Shown: positions 14,366-26,814, counted from the stretch's first letter. The stretch: 64,000 nucleotides of DNA from Eledone cirrhosa (GCA_964016885.1 OZ024742.1:307768001-307832000); one strand, 5' to 3'. The notes: generated by a model not told the origin, from the sequence alone. Made by a program: numbers and translations.

Positions 14366-14742
14366 TCTTTTTTTCAAATACCACTTTGGAAGAAGAATCA
14401 GAATGGAGGGAGAGGACCTGTACCCCAGCAAGTTTTATGAAAGGTGGGTGAAAGTGGCGAGAATGGCCCGAGTGAATGGGCCTTCTCTCTATATCAGCCT
14501 GTAGGTTGAGGAAAAGGAGGAGGAGCGGAAATGAGTACAAACTCTTCGTACTCCTGGAGATGAGGGTTGCACATTTTTTCGGGGGTATGTATTACCCATA
14601 TGAACTGTCTCCACCTATTGGGGAAAATCGACTAATTTTTTAAATTGCATTTGTGATAACATTTAACACGTTTTTATTGTATGTAAACTTCCCCCTTTGT
14701 ATTTGTCCTCTTCTTTTGTGCCCCTGTGGCTAATAAAGAAAT
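14366..14742 (+). mobile_element. Tx1-like LINE 5'-truncated copy B
   Basis: End of ORF2 plus 3' UTR, flanked by (TATC)n. Confidence 0.85.
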
Positions 14743-14743
14743 A

Positions 14744-14800
<57 letters not shown>

Positions 14801-15016
14801 CTCTTTCTGTCTGACGTGTGGAACATCGCCGGTAAGCTTTTTTGTTAATTTCTATAAAAAAACCGAACTAACTGTTTGAAAAAACATAACACTTTGTTGA
14901 TTAACCCCCAAGCTGAATTGTCAGCTGGGTGGTAATCCCATTTTTCGCCCCTGTAGGGGTGAAAATTTTATTTTAAAAATTTGTTTTAAAATATTAGATT
15001 TTACAAACTAAATAAC

Positions 15017-16937
15017 TTGAGCAACACAAGAATGCTGGAGAACGTTAATAGAGAAAAGAGAGAGAAAGAGGCAGATATTAACGTTATATCTGCTTCTGTT
15101 ACTATGGACGTCGCCATAGATACAAGTGTCAACAAAGATAAAAATATATTAATACTTGAAAATTTTAAAATTTCTACCGTCGAAGCGGAGAAAAATAACA
15201 ATAACACACAGGAAAACACAGGAATTAAACCCATTAACATACACATGAAAAAGACATCAACAACTCTACAGATACAGATACACATAAAGTTTCACCTCGA
15301 CAAGGAACTGAGATTTCCAACAACGATAATAACAACATCAACAGCAACACCACAAAAAAAGAAAATGTCTTTCGCTGAAACGGTGAACAAAAAACAAGAT
15401 TTTATAAATCTTGATATCTCCAACGCAAGAGATATGCTCGAGCAAGGGAGAAAATTTGTAACTTTCGAAGAAAGGGGTGGGTTTAGAATTAACTCACCCT
15501 TTGAAATAAAGGAAGACACAATCCGCAGATCAGTCACTTTTAGGACTGTGTCAAATTCGACAAGAAAGCCGACATTTGTTAATCAAGCAGATATAGAAGA
15601 TACTTTCAAGGAAATTCTAGCAAGTGTCGATTTTCTCCAGCGAGGAAAACAGTACGGAAGTGTTTCCGTACTGTTTAAAAGCGAGGCACTCGCCCCCAAA
15701 AAATCTGTGACACCAAGTGTGTCAAAAGCATACACCTTTTTTCCTACATACATGGGGAAAAGGACACAAAAAATAAAAATTAAAAACATACCTCCAAACA
15801 TTAACATCTGGTGGATCTTGGCAGGCTTTTGTAGAACCAGAAACAGATATGATACTTTCAATACGAAAATCTATTCGACAAAGGTGGGCGGGCACAGATT
15901 TGGAGATTCTGTTGCAAATGAAACCGGAGAGAATCTCCAAAATACCCGAAAGAGCCGTTATTGATAATAACAACAAAATAAACATTTCGGTAGAAGGACG
16001 AAAATTTCATTGCTTTCACCTAAAAGCAATGAATTTCACCTAAAAGCAATGAAATTTCATTGCTTTCACCTAAAAGCCTCTTGTCCACAAACACACAACA
16101 ATAACATCATAAAAAAACGCTATTACCAACACCAACACCAAAACAACCACCACCACCACAAGTACAACGACAGACGAAACGAGCAACCACACCAAAACAA
16201 ATAGACACTCAACCAACAACAACAGAAAAATCAGAGACAACACCCCTGAAGAACACAGCCCCACTCCATCCCACTCCATCAAACACTACCACAAACACAT
16301 ACTGAAACACCACCACCACACAACATACCCTTACCCCACACACCTGACGATGATTATTCATCGACGGATGAAGCTGCTTCTCCTTCTTTAAGTGAAGAAG
16401 AGGCAGAACCTCGTAAATCTAAAAAACAAAAAAAGAGACACCACAAAACCCCCAAAACTCAATCACCAACACCAACACACAACCAGAGACACAAACAACA
16501 ACACAAACAACACCACAGTCAAACATCCCCCTATCAGCAAAACCAGCACCAACACCACCCCAAACACAAGCACCCACCATAAAAAGAAAACTCGCGGACG
16601 AACAACAAACTAAAACAACACAACAAAAACACAAACAACAATACGCATATATCAACACAAACAACAAGAGTTTGATGGAGGTCATCTCCCCAAACCCCAA
16701 GGTGGAGATGGAGGGCAAAACTTTCGTCAAGGCAGAATCGTCTCCACACCTTAAACTTATAAGGGTTTCTATGGAAACCTATAAAGACCTAAAAAATAAA
16801 TTTTCACTGGACGTGGGCAACCCCTGCACCAAACCCATCAACTGCGTCCTGTTAAAATGTTTCCCACCCCACCCAACACCCCATCCGGCACCCAAATGGA
16901 GATTGAACAACCCGATCTCCAGGAAACGAAAAGGTAA
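15017..16937 (+). pseudogene. ORF1 of copy C, disrupted
   Basis: MSFAETV and VTFRTVSNSTRKP homologous to A and D; ends QPDLQETKR* like QPGLQEARR* in A. Confidence 0.8.
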
Positions 16938-16976
16938 GTGCCTTTCGTCCTTTTTCTCCAACTTTTCTTCACCAAC

Positions 16977-19900
16977 ATGGCTAGTTTACGAGTTGGAACC
17001 GTGAATGTGCGTAGCCTAGGGATGCCCTGGAAACGGCCAATTTTTAAACGACCTTAGGTCACACAGTATGGATGTGATAGCCATCACCGAGTCCAGGATC
17101 CACAACAGACAGCAACTAACCCCCATCTTTGAGATCTACGCATCTCTCTGTCAGCCAGGGGGTGGAGGTGGAGTCGCTGTCATGTTTCGGAAAAACCGGG
17201 ACGTCGGAGTACAGCAAGTACACTTGGACCCGGAGGGTAGACTGGTAGTCCTAGACGTGAACAGTATCGGAGGTGGAGCCTTCAGACTGGTGGCCGTTTA
17301 TGCCCGACAGGGCAATCGCAATCACGGCCAGACTTCTTTAAGCGTCTAGAGTCTTTTCTGGGAACGTCTCACTCTACTTTTAGTGGGGGACTAGAATGGT
17401 ATCCTAGATGCACGATGGGACTATGTGGGAGTATGTCCCAGTTGAGCGAGGTGCAACAGCCTCAAAACCTTAATCCGCCAATTCCAACTGTAGAGAAAAA
17501 CAGAATAGAAAAAGAACTAGTAGCCAAGGTAGAGGAGGCACTTAGAAGTGGCAACGCGGCTAGAGTGTTAGCGTCGAGAACGGCACTGGAGCAGTTCTTC
17601 GATGCGAAACACGAAGGCTGCGTGGTCAGAAGCAAAACACGTGCTCTAGGAAACGAAGGAGCGAAAGCTCTCAGCTGGGCCCGAGTGGCGGAGGCAAAAA
17701 GTGGCAACAAGTCCACGATTCGGTCTTTGAAAGACCAAAACGGACGCGTGCTACTTGACCCCAAGCAAATGTGCGCGGCCTTTCAGCGGCACTTTGCGCG
17801 ACTGTTTGAGCAGAACGACGGTGAGCCGAACGGGGCAATGGACTTTAGTTCATACCTCAACGGCCTGCCGCGTCTATCGAACACGGACGCCGAGTTCTGC
17901 GAAAGACCGATCACGGACACTGAGATACGGGACGCTCTGGGCTGCTGCGGGAAACGCAAGTCACCCGGTCTAGATGGCCTACCCTACGAATTTTACATAG
18001 GCATGCCGGACTTGTTCTCTGGCGTCCTCGAAGCCGTCTACTGCAATTGGCAGCAGAACGGGAGAATTCCCAGTTCTGCAGGCAAGGGCGTAGTAACGCT
18101 GATCAGGAAAGACGAGAACAAGGGGGACGAAATTAACAACTTCAGGCCCATAACTCTGCTCAACACAGAGTTAAAGATTTTGGCCGAGGTGCTAGCGACG
18201 AGGTCGGCGCTTGTCGTCGAGAACCTGGTAGGGAAAGCGCAAACGTGTGCAATCCCGACCAGGTCCATACACGACAACCTCCACCTCATGCGATACATCA
18301 TAGAGAGGGTGGGTAGTAAACCCGGCTTCGGTGGGGCTCTGATCAACTTGGATCTGTCTAAGGCATTCGATAGGGTCGACCATCGATACTTGCAAGCGGT
18401 TCTCAAGGCGGCCGGTTTCGGTCCCGTGTTCAGAGGATGGATCGAGGCAATGCACACCAGCATCTGCTCGAGGGTCAAGGTGAACGGCTACCTATCGGAG
18501 CCGTTCGCAATCACGCGTTCCATTCGACAGGGGTGCCCTCTCTCCTCCATTCTGTATGTATTGACTCTAGAGCCACTACTGCGGAAATTGGAGCTGTTGC
18601 AGTGCATCCCTCTAGAACCGGGACTGCGCAAAGCGGCGTCGGCTTATGCCGACGACGTGACGGTAATGGTGTCGAGCACCTCGGAAATCGGGGTGATCGG
18701 CAAATTACTGAAATAATACGAAACGCTGACGGGAGCAAAACTAAACCCGGACAAGTCTGTCGATTTGCAACTCGGTACGGGGAGAGGCAAACCGATGACG
18801 TCCGACAGCGTCGTTGGACGCTGGACGGACGGACCGGTGAAATTGCTCGGGGTCTGGTTCGGTCCAGACCTCCAGGTGGAGAAAAACTGGAACGAGGTCA
18901 CGGCCAAGGTGTTTGCACTCACCCAGAAGTGGGCAGAGTGCAAACTGTCCTTGAAAGGTCAAGCGGAGGTGGCGAACACTTTCATAGCGTCCGTCATCTA
19001 CTACCGCTTGACTGTCGTGCCTTGTCCCCGTGAACACCTCGCCAAGATGGAACGCATGATCTTCCAGTTTCTGTGGAAGAAGCAGGCTCCGCTGGTGAGG
19101 ACATCCGTATGCTGTCAGCACCCTTCCAACGGAGGGCTGGGAATGCCGTGGCTGATGATGCGCAAACATGCGCTGAGGCTGCGGCATCTCCAGGTATTCC
19201 TCACCGACCCCCAACCGGTGTGGGCACCGTTTGTGAGACAGGCTTTCCCACAGCTCGTCTCGCTGACGGAGCTGCAGTCCTGGGCGAAGAAAAGACCGAA
19301 AACGATGGGCGCCTGGCACATTGAATGCGCTCAGGCGCTCACAGTCCTCTGGCAAGCGGGCGCAGCAATCAGTGGAGATTCCACTTCGACATTCTATAGA
19401 GGGATTGTACGTTACAAGGGCGACGATGTGCTCGGAGAGACTCTGGGCGTCGAAGACGATGAGCTCACCAGTCTGTTTGGTAGGACTTTCCGCCCGGGAC
19501 TTATGGACAACAGCAGTGCTACCGAGGAGCTCTACCGGTTCGTGACAAGATATACAGGCACGGACGCCCCGGCAGGGATCCTTCCAAGAGGACGTGTCCA
19601 AGATGCGCCAGGACATTGAAACAGTCTTGCACGCAATTGTACACTGCCCGGGCGTAACCGACCTGTGGAACTATGCAGAACAACTGCTGTCGCGTATGGG
19701 TCAAATCCAGTTGACTGCCGAGTCCATAGTAAGGATCAAACCGCCAGCCTCTTTCAAAAACGAAAGAGAGGCGGTTTTCCTCTGTACGGTGGCTATGGTG
19801 AAAGAAGTTATATGGTGGACGAGGTTGAGAGGACTGAGGACAGATGCCTTTCTCTCCGGACAACATTTGATTCCCTTCTTTAAGTATCACTTTAGAAGGA

Positions 19901-20010
19901 GAATCAGGCTGGAGAGAGAGGCACTGCACCCCAGTAAATTTACTGAAAGGTGGGTGAATGAAGCGAAAATGGCCCAAGTGATTGGGCTTTCTCTGTTTAT
20001 AAGCCTGTAG
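16977..20010 (+). pseudogene. ORF2 (APE-RT-zinc finger) of copy C, disrupted
   Basis: MASLRVGTVNVRSL; KSPGLDGLP, FRPITLLN, DLSKAFDRVDH, RQGCPLS, AYADDV; CPRC..ETVLHAIVHC. Confidence 0.92.
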
Positions 20011-20258
20011 GTTGAGGAAGAGAGCAAAAGGAAGAAAGGAGCACTTGCACAACACGCTCCTGGAGTTGAGGGTTGTTCTATCGACGGGGTATTATACAAC
20101 CCATTTGTGGCGCCTCCCCCCTATTGGGGATTTCGATTGTTGTAATTGTTTGTTTTTATATCTTTTACACGACTGTATGTAAAATCCCCGGCATGTCTTT
20201 GTATTGTCCCCTTTTCTTGTGCGCCCTTGTGGCTAATAAAGAAATATATCTATCTATC

Positions 20259-23200
20259 TCGGAGAAGATAGACGTGTTTCTGTTTCGCTCCTGCATTTTG
20301 TCGGAATTTATTACGAGAAACGTTAGGTTTCTTTAAGTAACTTGTTATTTGTTGTGTTTAACCCCTCGCCTGGGCCTGCAGACGTTGGGGAAAATAAATT
20401 TCGCCCCCTTTTGGGGCGAAATTTGAGAGTTATAAGTTGTCGATAAAAAGTCGTTTAGTGACAATGGACGCCATTAATACGACGCATACCACGCCCCCAA
20501 GGAAAGTGATAGAGAGAAGGTAGCAGCACAATCCTGTAAGCCTTCCCTCCTCACTCCCGCAAAAGACACCACGGAATCAAAAGAAAAAAATTGTGGAAAT
20601 GGGTGAAAACCCCAAAAGTAACAATTACATAAACAAGAACAACAATGACAATAACAACAATGACAATAACAACACAACCAACAACAGCAATAATTACAAC
20701 ACCAACGAAGGAAAAAAAGCAAGCCAACACGAATAACAACAACAACAATGATAACAACACGAAAGAAAACGGACCCACAGCTGCAGCCTCCTTGGCACAG
20801 GTGGTCTGAGAAACGCAGGCATACAAGGCACTGGACATCTCTAATGCCAAGAAATTGCTGAAAGAAGCAAGGAATTGTGTAACTTTCGGGGAAATTACCT
20901 CTCCCCCCCCCCCCCCCGAAGAAATTAGAAGGGACACAGTCCTCAGGACCGTAATCTTTAGGACAGTTTCGATCGCGACTAGGAAACCGGCCCAATTGTC
21001 CCAAAGCGAAAATGAGCTGGTCCTAAGTAGTGCCTGGAAGGATATCGCTTTCATACAAAAAGGGAAACGGTATGGAAGCATATCTGTTTTAATGCAAGAT
21101 GAAGTGGCGCCACCGAAATATTCTGTGTCGCCAATTGTATCCAAAGCATACACCTTTTTCCCCACATATTTGGGGAAAAGAACTCAAAAGATAAGAATCT
21201 CGAGCATCAGGCCAAATGCGAGAATTTGGTGGGTGCTAACGGGATTCTTAGAAGATGAGGACACAATCCTTCCGATAGGCGAATCCACCGGGGGCGTATT
21301 CGGTGGCAATAGCCTTGAAGTTCTGGTCCAAATGAGACCAGAACGGATAGCAAGAATACCGCAGCGTGTGTCCCTGGATAGAGTCGCCTTCATAAACATT
21401 TCTGTTGAGGGCAGGCAGCCTTCATGCTACCACTGTTCAAGAAGTGGTCATCTGAAGGCTTCCTGTACCCTTTTAAATGCCCCCCTCCAAAAAAAGACGC
21501 TTCTGCCCACCCCACACACAACAACACAACCACCACCAACACCACCACCACAACCACAACAACCACAACAACACAGAAAAATAACAACACAAGACACTGT
21601 CCCACCCAACCCCTCCCCACCTAAAACAAATACAAAAGCAACCACAATAAAACTCCAAAATATACCCATCCCAACAACATGGACGAGGACCCCTTATCAA
21701 CGTCACCCAGTGACGACGAGGGAGAACCCTTTCAACCGGTAAAAAGAAAGAAAAGAAGGCCCCACATTAACAAAAATGCAACAAACACACAACCACCAGC
21801 ACAAACAGAACAAACATCACAAACAAAAAAACCCACCCCTCCCGAAAACATAACACATACTAAAAAACGCAAAGACACACAAGAACAACAAATAAAAACA
21901 AACACAACACAACAAAAACAGTATACATACATCAACATAAACAACAAAACACTTGTGCAAACAATAGACAAGGACCCTTCAGTGGAAACCGAAGATATAA
22001 TGTTCACCAACGGGGCGACTAAACCGCATTTAAAAATGGTTAGGGTCCCAAGGGACACCTACGCAATGCTCAAACAGAAATTTTCCGAGGACGTGGGGAA
22101 CCCCTGTACTAGACCTAGCAACCGCGTCCTCTTGGTGAGAAGATCCATCTGCTGTCAACACCCTTCGAACGGAGGGCTGGGGAAGCCGTGGCTGACGATG
22201 CGTAGACACGCATTAAGGCTACGGCACCTCCAGGTATTCCTCACCGGTTAGCCGGTGTGGGCCCCTTTTGTGAGGCGAGCCTTTCCGAGACTCGTCTCAC
22301 TCACCGAGCTGCAATCCTGGGTCAAGCAAAGACCGAGAAAAGTGGGCGACTGGCACATCGAATGTGCCCAGGCGCTCACAGCCCTCGGGCAAGCGGATCC
22401 GGCAATCAGTGGAGACTCAACCTCAACATTCTATAGAGGGTTGGTGCGCAGCAAGTGCGACGACGCTCTCGGAGAGGCTCTGGGCATGGAAGAAGACGAG
22501 CTAGCCAGTCTGTTCGGTAGGACGTTTGGCCCGGGGCCGATGGACAACTTCCAAAAGTCCGTGGCTTGGCAGTGCTACCGAGGAGCTCTACCTGTTCGAG
22601 ACAAGCTCTACAGACACAGAAGATCTGTCCGAGATGCCTGCGTGACGAGGAAACCGTCACGCACGCATTCGTACACTTCCCGGGCGTTGCTGACCTGTGG
22701 GGTTATGTGGAACGACTACTGTCGCGGGTGTGACCAATCCGGTTGACTACCGAGTACATTGTCACGATCATACCGCCTTCCCCCTTCAAAAACGAAGGAG
22801 AGGCGGTTTTCCTCGGTGTGATAGATATGGCGAAAGACGTTGTATGGTGGACAATGTTGAAAGGACTGAGGTCAGACACTTTTGTCTCCGGCCAACAACT
22901 GGTCCTTTTTTTCAAGTACAATTTTAGAAGAAGGATCAGAATGGAGAGAGAGGTGCTCTACCCCAGCAAGTTTTATGAAAGGTGGGTGAAAGTGGCGAGA
23001 ATGGCCCGAGTGAATGGGCCTTCTCTCTATATCAGCCTGTAGGTGAGAGAGGCGAAGGATGAGGTGAGGAAGGGAACACCCCCTCTTTGTGCTCCTGAGG
23101 AGGAGGGTTGCACATTTTTTTCGGGGGTGTGTGCGACCCACGTCAACGCCCCCTCCCTATTGAGGACTTCGATTGTTGAATTTATTTGTTATATGTTTTT

Positions 23201-23283
23201 ACACGTCCCTTGAAATGTATGTAAACTCCCCCTCTTGTATTTGTCCCAATCTTTGATGCCCTGGTGGCAAATAAATAGAAAGT
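20259..23283 (+). mobile_element. Tx1-like LINE copy D with about 2.6-kb internal deletion of APE-RT
   Basis: 5' UTR and ORF1 (ATG 20464, CYHCSRSGHLKASC) join the ORF2 C-terminus at about 22130. Confidence 0.88.
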
Positions 23284-23294
23284 TATCTATCTAT

Positions 23295-23630
23295 TTTCAA
23301 ATACCACTTTGGAAGAAGAATCAGGATGGAGAGAGAGGAGCTGTACCCCAGCAAGTTTTATGAAAGGTGGGTGAAAGTGGCGAGAATGGCCTGAGTGAAT
23401 GGGCCTTCTCTCTATATCAACCTGTAGGTTGAGGAAAAGGAGGAGGAGAAGAAAGGAGTACAAACTCTTCGGACTCCTGGAGATGGGTTGCACATTTTTT
23501 CGGGGGTATGTGTTACCCATATGAACTGACTCCCCCTATTGGGGAAAATCGACTAATTTTTTAAATTGCATTTCTGATAACATTTGTATTTGTCCCCTTC
23601 TTTTGTGCCCATGTGGCTAATAAAGAAACA
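23295..23630 (+). mobile_element. Tx1-like LINE 5'-truncated copy E
   Basis: Nearly the same sequence and start as copy B; flanked by (TATC)n. Confidence 0.85.
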
Positions 23631-23649
23631 TATCTATCCATCTATCTAT

Positions 23650-23776
23650 TGTTATTTTATTTTATATATAGTTTATTGTTATTTATTAATGTTAAAGTTA
23701 TATGATTTTTATGTAAAACCCCCGCCCTAACGTCTTGTAATGTCCCATTTGTGTCCGCCCTTGTGGCAAATAAAAC
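23650..23776 (+). mobile_element. Tx1-like LINE 3' UTR-only fragment F
   Basis: atgtaaaaccccc..tgtccc..cgcccttgtggcaaataaa-(CTAT)n. Confidence 0.75.
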
Positions 23777-24562
23777 TATCTATCTATCTATCTATCTTTC
23801 TCTCTATATTTTAAATTATTCCTCTCCCTAATTTCTCTGTCTTCCTGCTAGTGCTCTCATTACATCCCAGTCTTCTCTTTTCTATTTCCTTTCACACATT
23901 CGTTCATTAAACGAATTATTATATTTTTTACACAAGATTGTAAAAGTAATTGTATTCTTATCATAATTATTGAAGTCACGAGGTTATCATGTGGCTATTT
24001 ATTATTTCGTCATTGATAACAGCCAAGTGTGGATAAAGATCTAATCAACGAGATATATCCTAATACTAGTGGCCAAATATTAATAGTTGTGATATTATGG
24101 TATTGAGTCGGTGAAGTGGAGGATGGGGGTTGGTGAATATTTGGGGAGGGAATTGATGTAGATGGTGAGCTAATTCCAGTATTTCTTTTTTTTTTTGGGG
24201 GGGGGGGTGAATAGGGGAGGAATCAGTATAATAATGAACGGAATAAGTGCGTTATCATGGTGTGATCGGTGTTAATTTACGTCTCCTCTTCTTCTTCTTC
24301 TTCTTCTTCTTCTTCTTTCGAGTTGATTAAAATATCGCATCAATCAGGTACTGGTAACGAAAGCAATCGGACAGCCCCCTTTCTTCAAAATCTCTCATAT
24401 TGTCTCTATATTAGAATCTTGGCCAAGTATAATTTATAAGAGTGTCAAGTCTACTCAGTCCTTTAGATGGACTGTGCCTTGTGACACAATAATTTACACC
24501 TAATCCTCATGAGAATTCCTTTAAGGGTACACATGTATATGTAAAGCTCAGCCACATATATC

Positions 24563-24594
<32 letters not shown>

Positions 24595-24659
24595 TATATA
24601 TACATACATATATATATACATACATATATATATACTTACATATATATTTATAAATATAT

Positions 24660-24865
24660 AACAAAGTGTGGTAAGGAACCAGATTGACAATAATAACGCA
24701 CCAGAGTACACGATACTTGGGGTAGTAGAGTGAGTAACAGGAAAAGTGTCAGGACCCCGACGGCTGAGCTCCGGCCGTTTCGACAGCTAGATCCGAACTG
24801 AATTCGGATCTAGCTGTCGAAACGGCCGGAGCTCAGCCGTCGGGGACCTGACTCTTTTCCTATTG
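24660..24865. mobile_element. Palindromic insertion of PLE-like family F2 (3' half of a hammerhead in each arm)
   Basis: About 60-bp arms around 24800; GAAA CGGCC-GGAGCTC-AGCCG TC GGGG; sits in (TA)n. Confidence 0.7.
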
Positions 24866-24875
24866 TATAAATATA

Positions 24876-24923
<48 letters not shown>

Positions 24924-24925
24924 AA

Positions 24926-25130
24926 GGCGCGTGGTTGAGTGGCAAGAGAATTGGATTCGCAATCGCGAGGTTGTGATTTCGATTCCCGGGCCGGATGATG
25001 CGTTATGTCCTTGAGCAAGACACTTTATTTCACGTTGCTCCTTCTACATGGAGTTGCGACCGATAGATAGACCCATAGAAACATTGTTTCTTTGGTCCGA
25101 TTTGACGACAGTCGATCGACTGACTATATG
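24926..25130 (+). mobile_element. tRNA-derived CORE-type SINE (family B)
   Basis: A box TGGTTGAGTGG, B-box-like TTTCGATTCCC, core tgtccttgagcaagacactt; second copy at 25639. Confidence 0.75.
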
Positions 25131-25638
25131 TGACAATATGTAAGTATGTGTATGAGTGTGTTTGTATCAAATAGTAAACTCATTATTAAGAACTATGTGT
25201 TAATTAGCCTCAATGCTACATTGACGAGACAAATATATGTATTGAACAGTATCTCATACATATTGTCATTAATTGTCTTTAATTACATTAAGCTAGCTTT
25301 ACACTGTTCTGGTCACCATAGATCATTCTTCTACTGATCAATAACTTATACTGCCTGATCTTCTTTCTTATCACTCTATCACTCTATTTCAAATTTCTGT
25401 TAATCACATCAGACAGATTTTGTCGCTTATGTTCATCTACCAAATGAACGTATACATGTATGACAGACATCCTAATACGGATTTCAATGAAATGAAGAAC
25501 GTAACACATGTTCTCAACGATATGAAGTCGTTTAAATTGCCGCCAATGGTTTTAGTTGTATAGAAGTAATGTCAGAATTCATTTTTTACCCGTGAGTGAC
25601 ATTTTAAAAAGCCTTACTTTCTTTTATATATATATGAA

Positions 25639-25850
25639 GGCGCGTGGCTGAGTGGTTAGAGAATTGGATTCACAATCTTGAGGTTGTGAGTTCGATTCCT
25701 GGACCAGGCGATGCGTTATGTCCTTGAGCAAGACACTTTATTTCACGTTGCTCCTTCTACCTGGGGTTGCGACCGATAGATAGTACTAGCAACTGGAAAG
25801 ACCAACGGAAACATTGTTTCCTCGGTCCGATTTGACAAAAGTCGATCGAT
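25639..25850 (+). mobile_element. tRNA-derived CORE-type SINE (family B)
   Basis: TGGCTGAGTGG, GAGTTCGATTCC, tgtccttgagcaagacactt. Confidence 0.8.
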
Positions 25851-25882
25851 TAAAAAAAAAAAATATATATATATATATATAT

Positions 25883-26015
25883 ATTGTTTTATTGCATTAT
25901 AGTATCTTAATGACAAGGTTATCTGCAACTTCAGACTACCTAAAGTCAAAGAGGCCCACAAAACTGGAAGGTCCAGGTCGACCTACAGGATAAAGGGGGA
26001 GGAGTTGGTGGATAA
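25883..26015 (+). mobile_element. LINE linker-region fragment, repeated at 34275-34395
   Basis: agactacctaaagtcaaagaggcccacaaaactgg shared; the longer copy translates like an APE-RT linker. Confidence 0.5.
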
Positions 26016-26814
26016 ATCTAATTTATCCAAAACCTGATTTGAACTCCCTATTGGACTTTGTCTTGAAATTTTCCTGATTTATGAAAATTATCTGAGACAG
26101 TGATTTTGCAGAATCCTAGGTCCATCAACCATAGTGTCTTATACTAGTTAGTTCAGTTTCTTTAACTCCAAGATTAACTCTCCCCGTGATTGAGTTTAGA
26201 CTTCCGGCTTCAATAAACTAAACTATCAAACAAATAGTTAGATCGATTAAGTCGGTTGTATCCATTCCACAACTTGTTACTTCGTTAGAAATCGATATTA
26301 AACAACTTCTTAATCAAGTTTAAGAAGGCATTAGGTCAGATTGAATAATTGAATTCGTATTGTAAAAGCACATTTCACTAAGACAAAGAAGTGTGTATAA
26401 GTATTGAATATCAATTGAATGGTATTGAATAGTATAAGAATCTTTAGAATAGTTACCTATAGAAACAAACATCTAACAAGGAAGCTGTACCTGAACGTAC
26501 GCACGTTCATACATACATACATACATACATACACTTTACATACATACATTCATATATACATACATACATGTATACATACATGTATACATACATACATGAT
26601 GGCGGCCCTCTCGTTATCGAGTATGGCCATTGCACGATATACCATTATTAATAATTATTAATTAATTCTATCGTGCAATGCCTGTGCATGAAGTGAAGAT
26701 ATATTTTAAAGTAAGGAAAAAATGTGCATTGAGCCAATCCCACTCTCTGAACGACAGTAGCTATAACTCGAAAAGAAGAAAAGATCAACATCATCGGTAA
26801 CTACTGAGCCGCAG

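Larger units (their letters stand above)
14801..20245 (+). mobile_element. Tx1/L1-clade LINE copy C (diverged subfamily, internal deletion near 17490)
   Basis: Homologous 5' UTR, ORF1, ORF2 and 3' UTR to copy A; flanked by (TATC)n. Confidence 0.92.

Noticed and set aside
18437-19616. Long alternative-frame and antisense ORFs (198 and 291 aa) in Tx1 ORF2
   Set aside because: Shadow frames of GC-rich coding sequence; not preserved intact in copy A.
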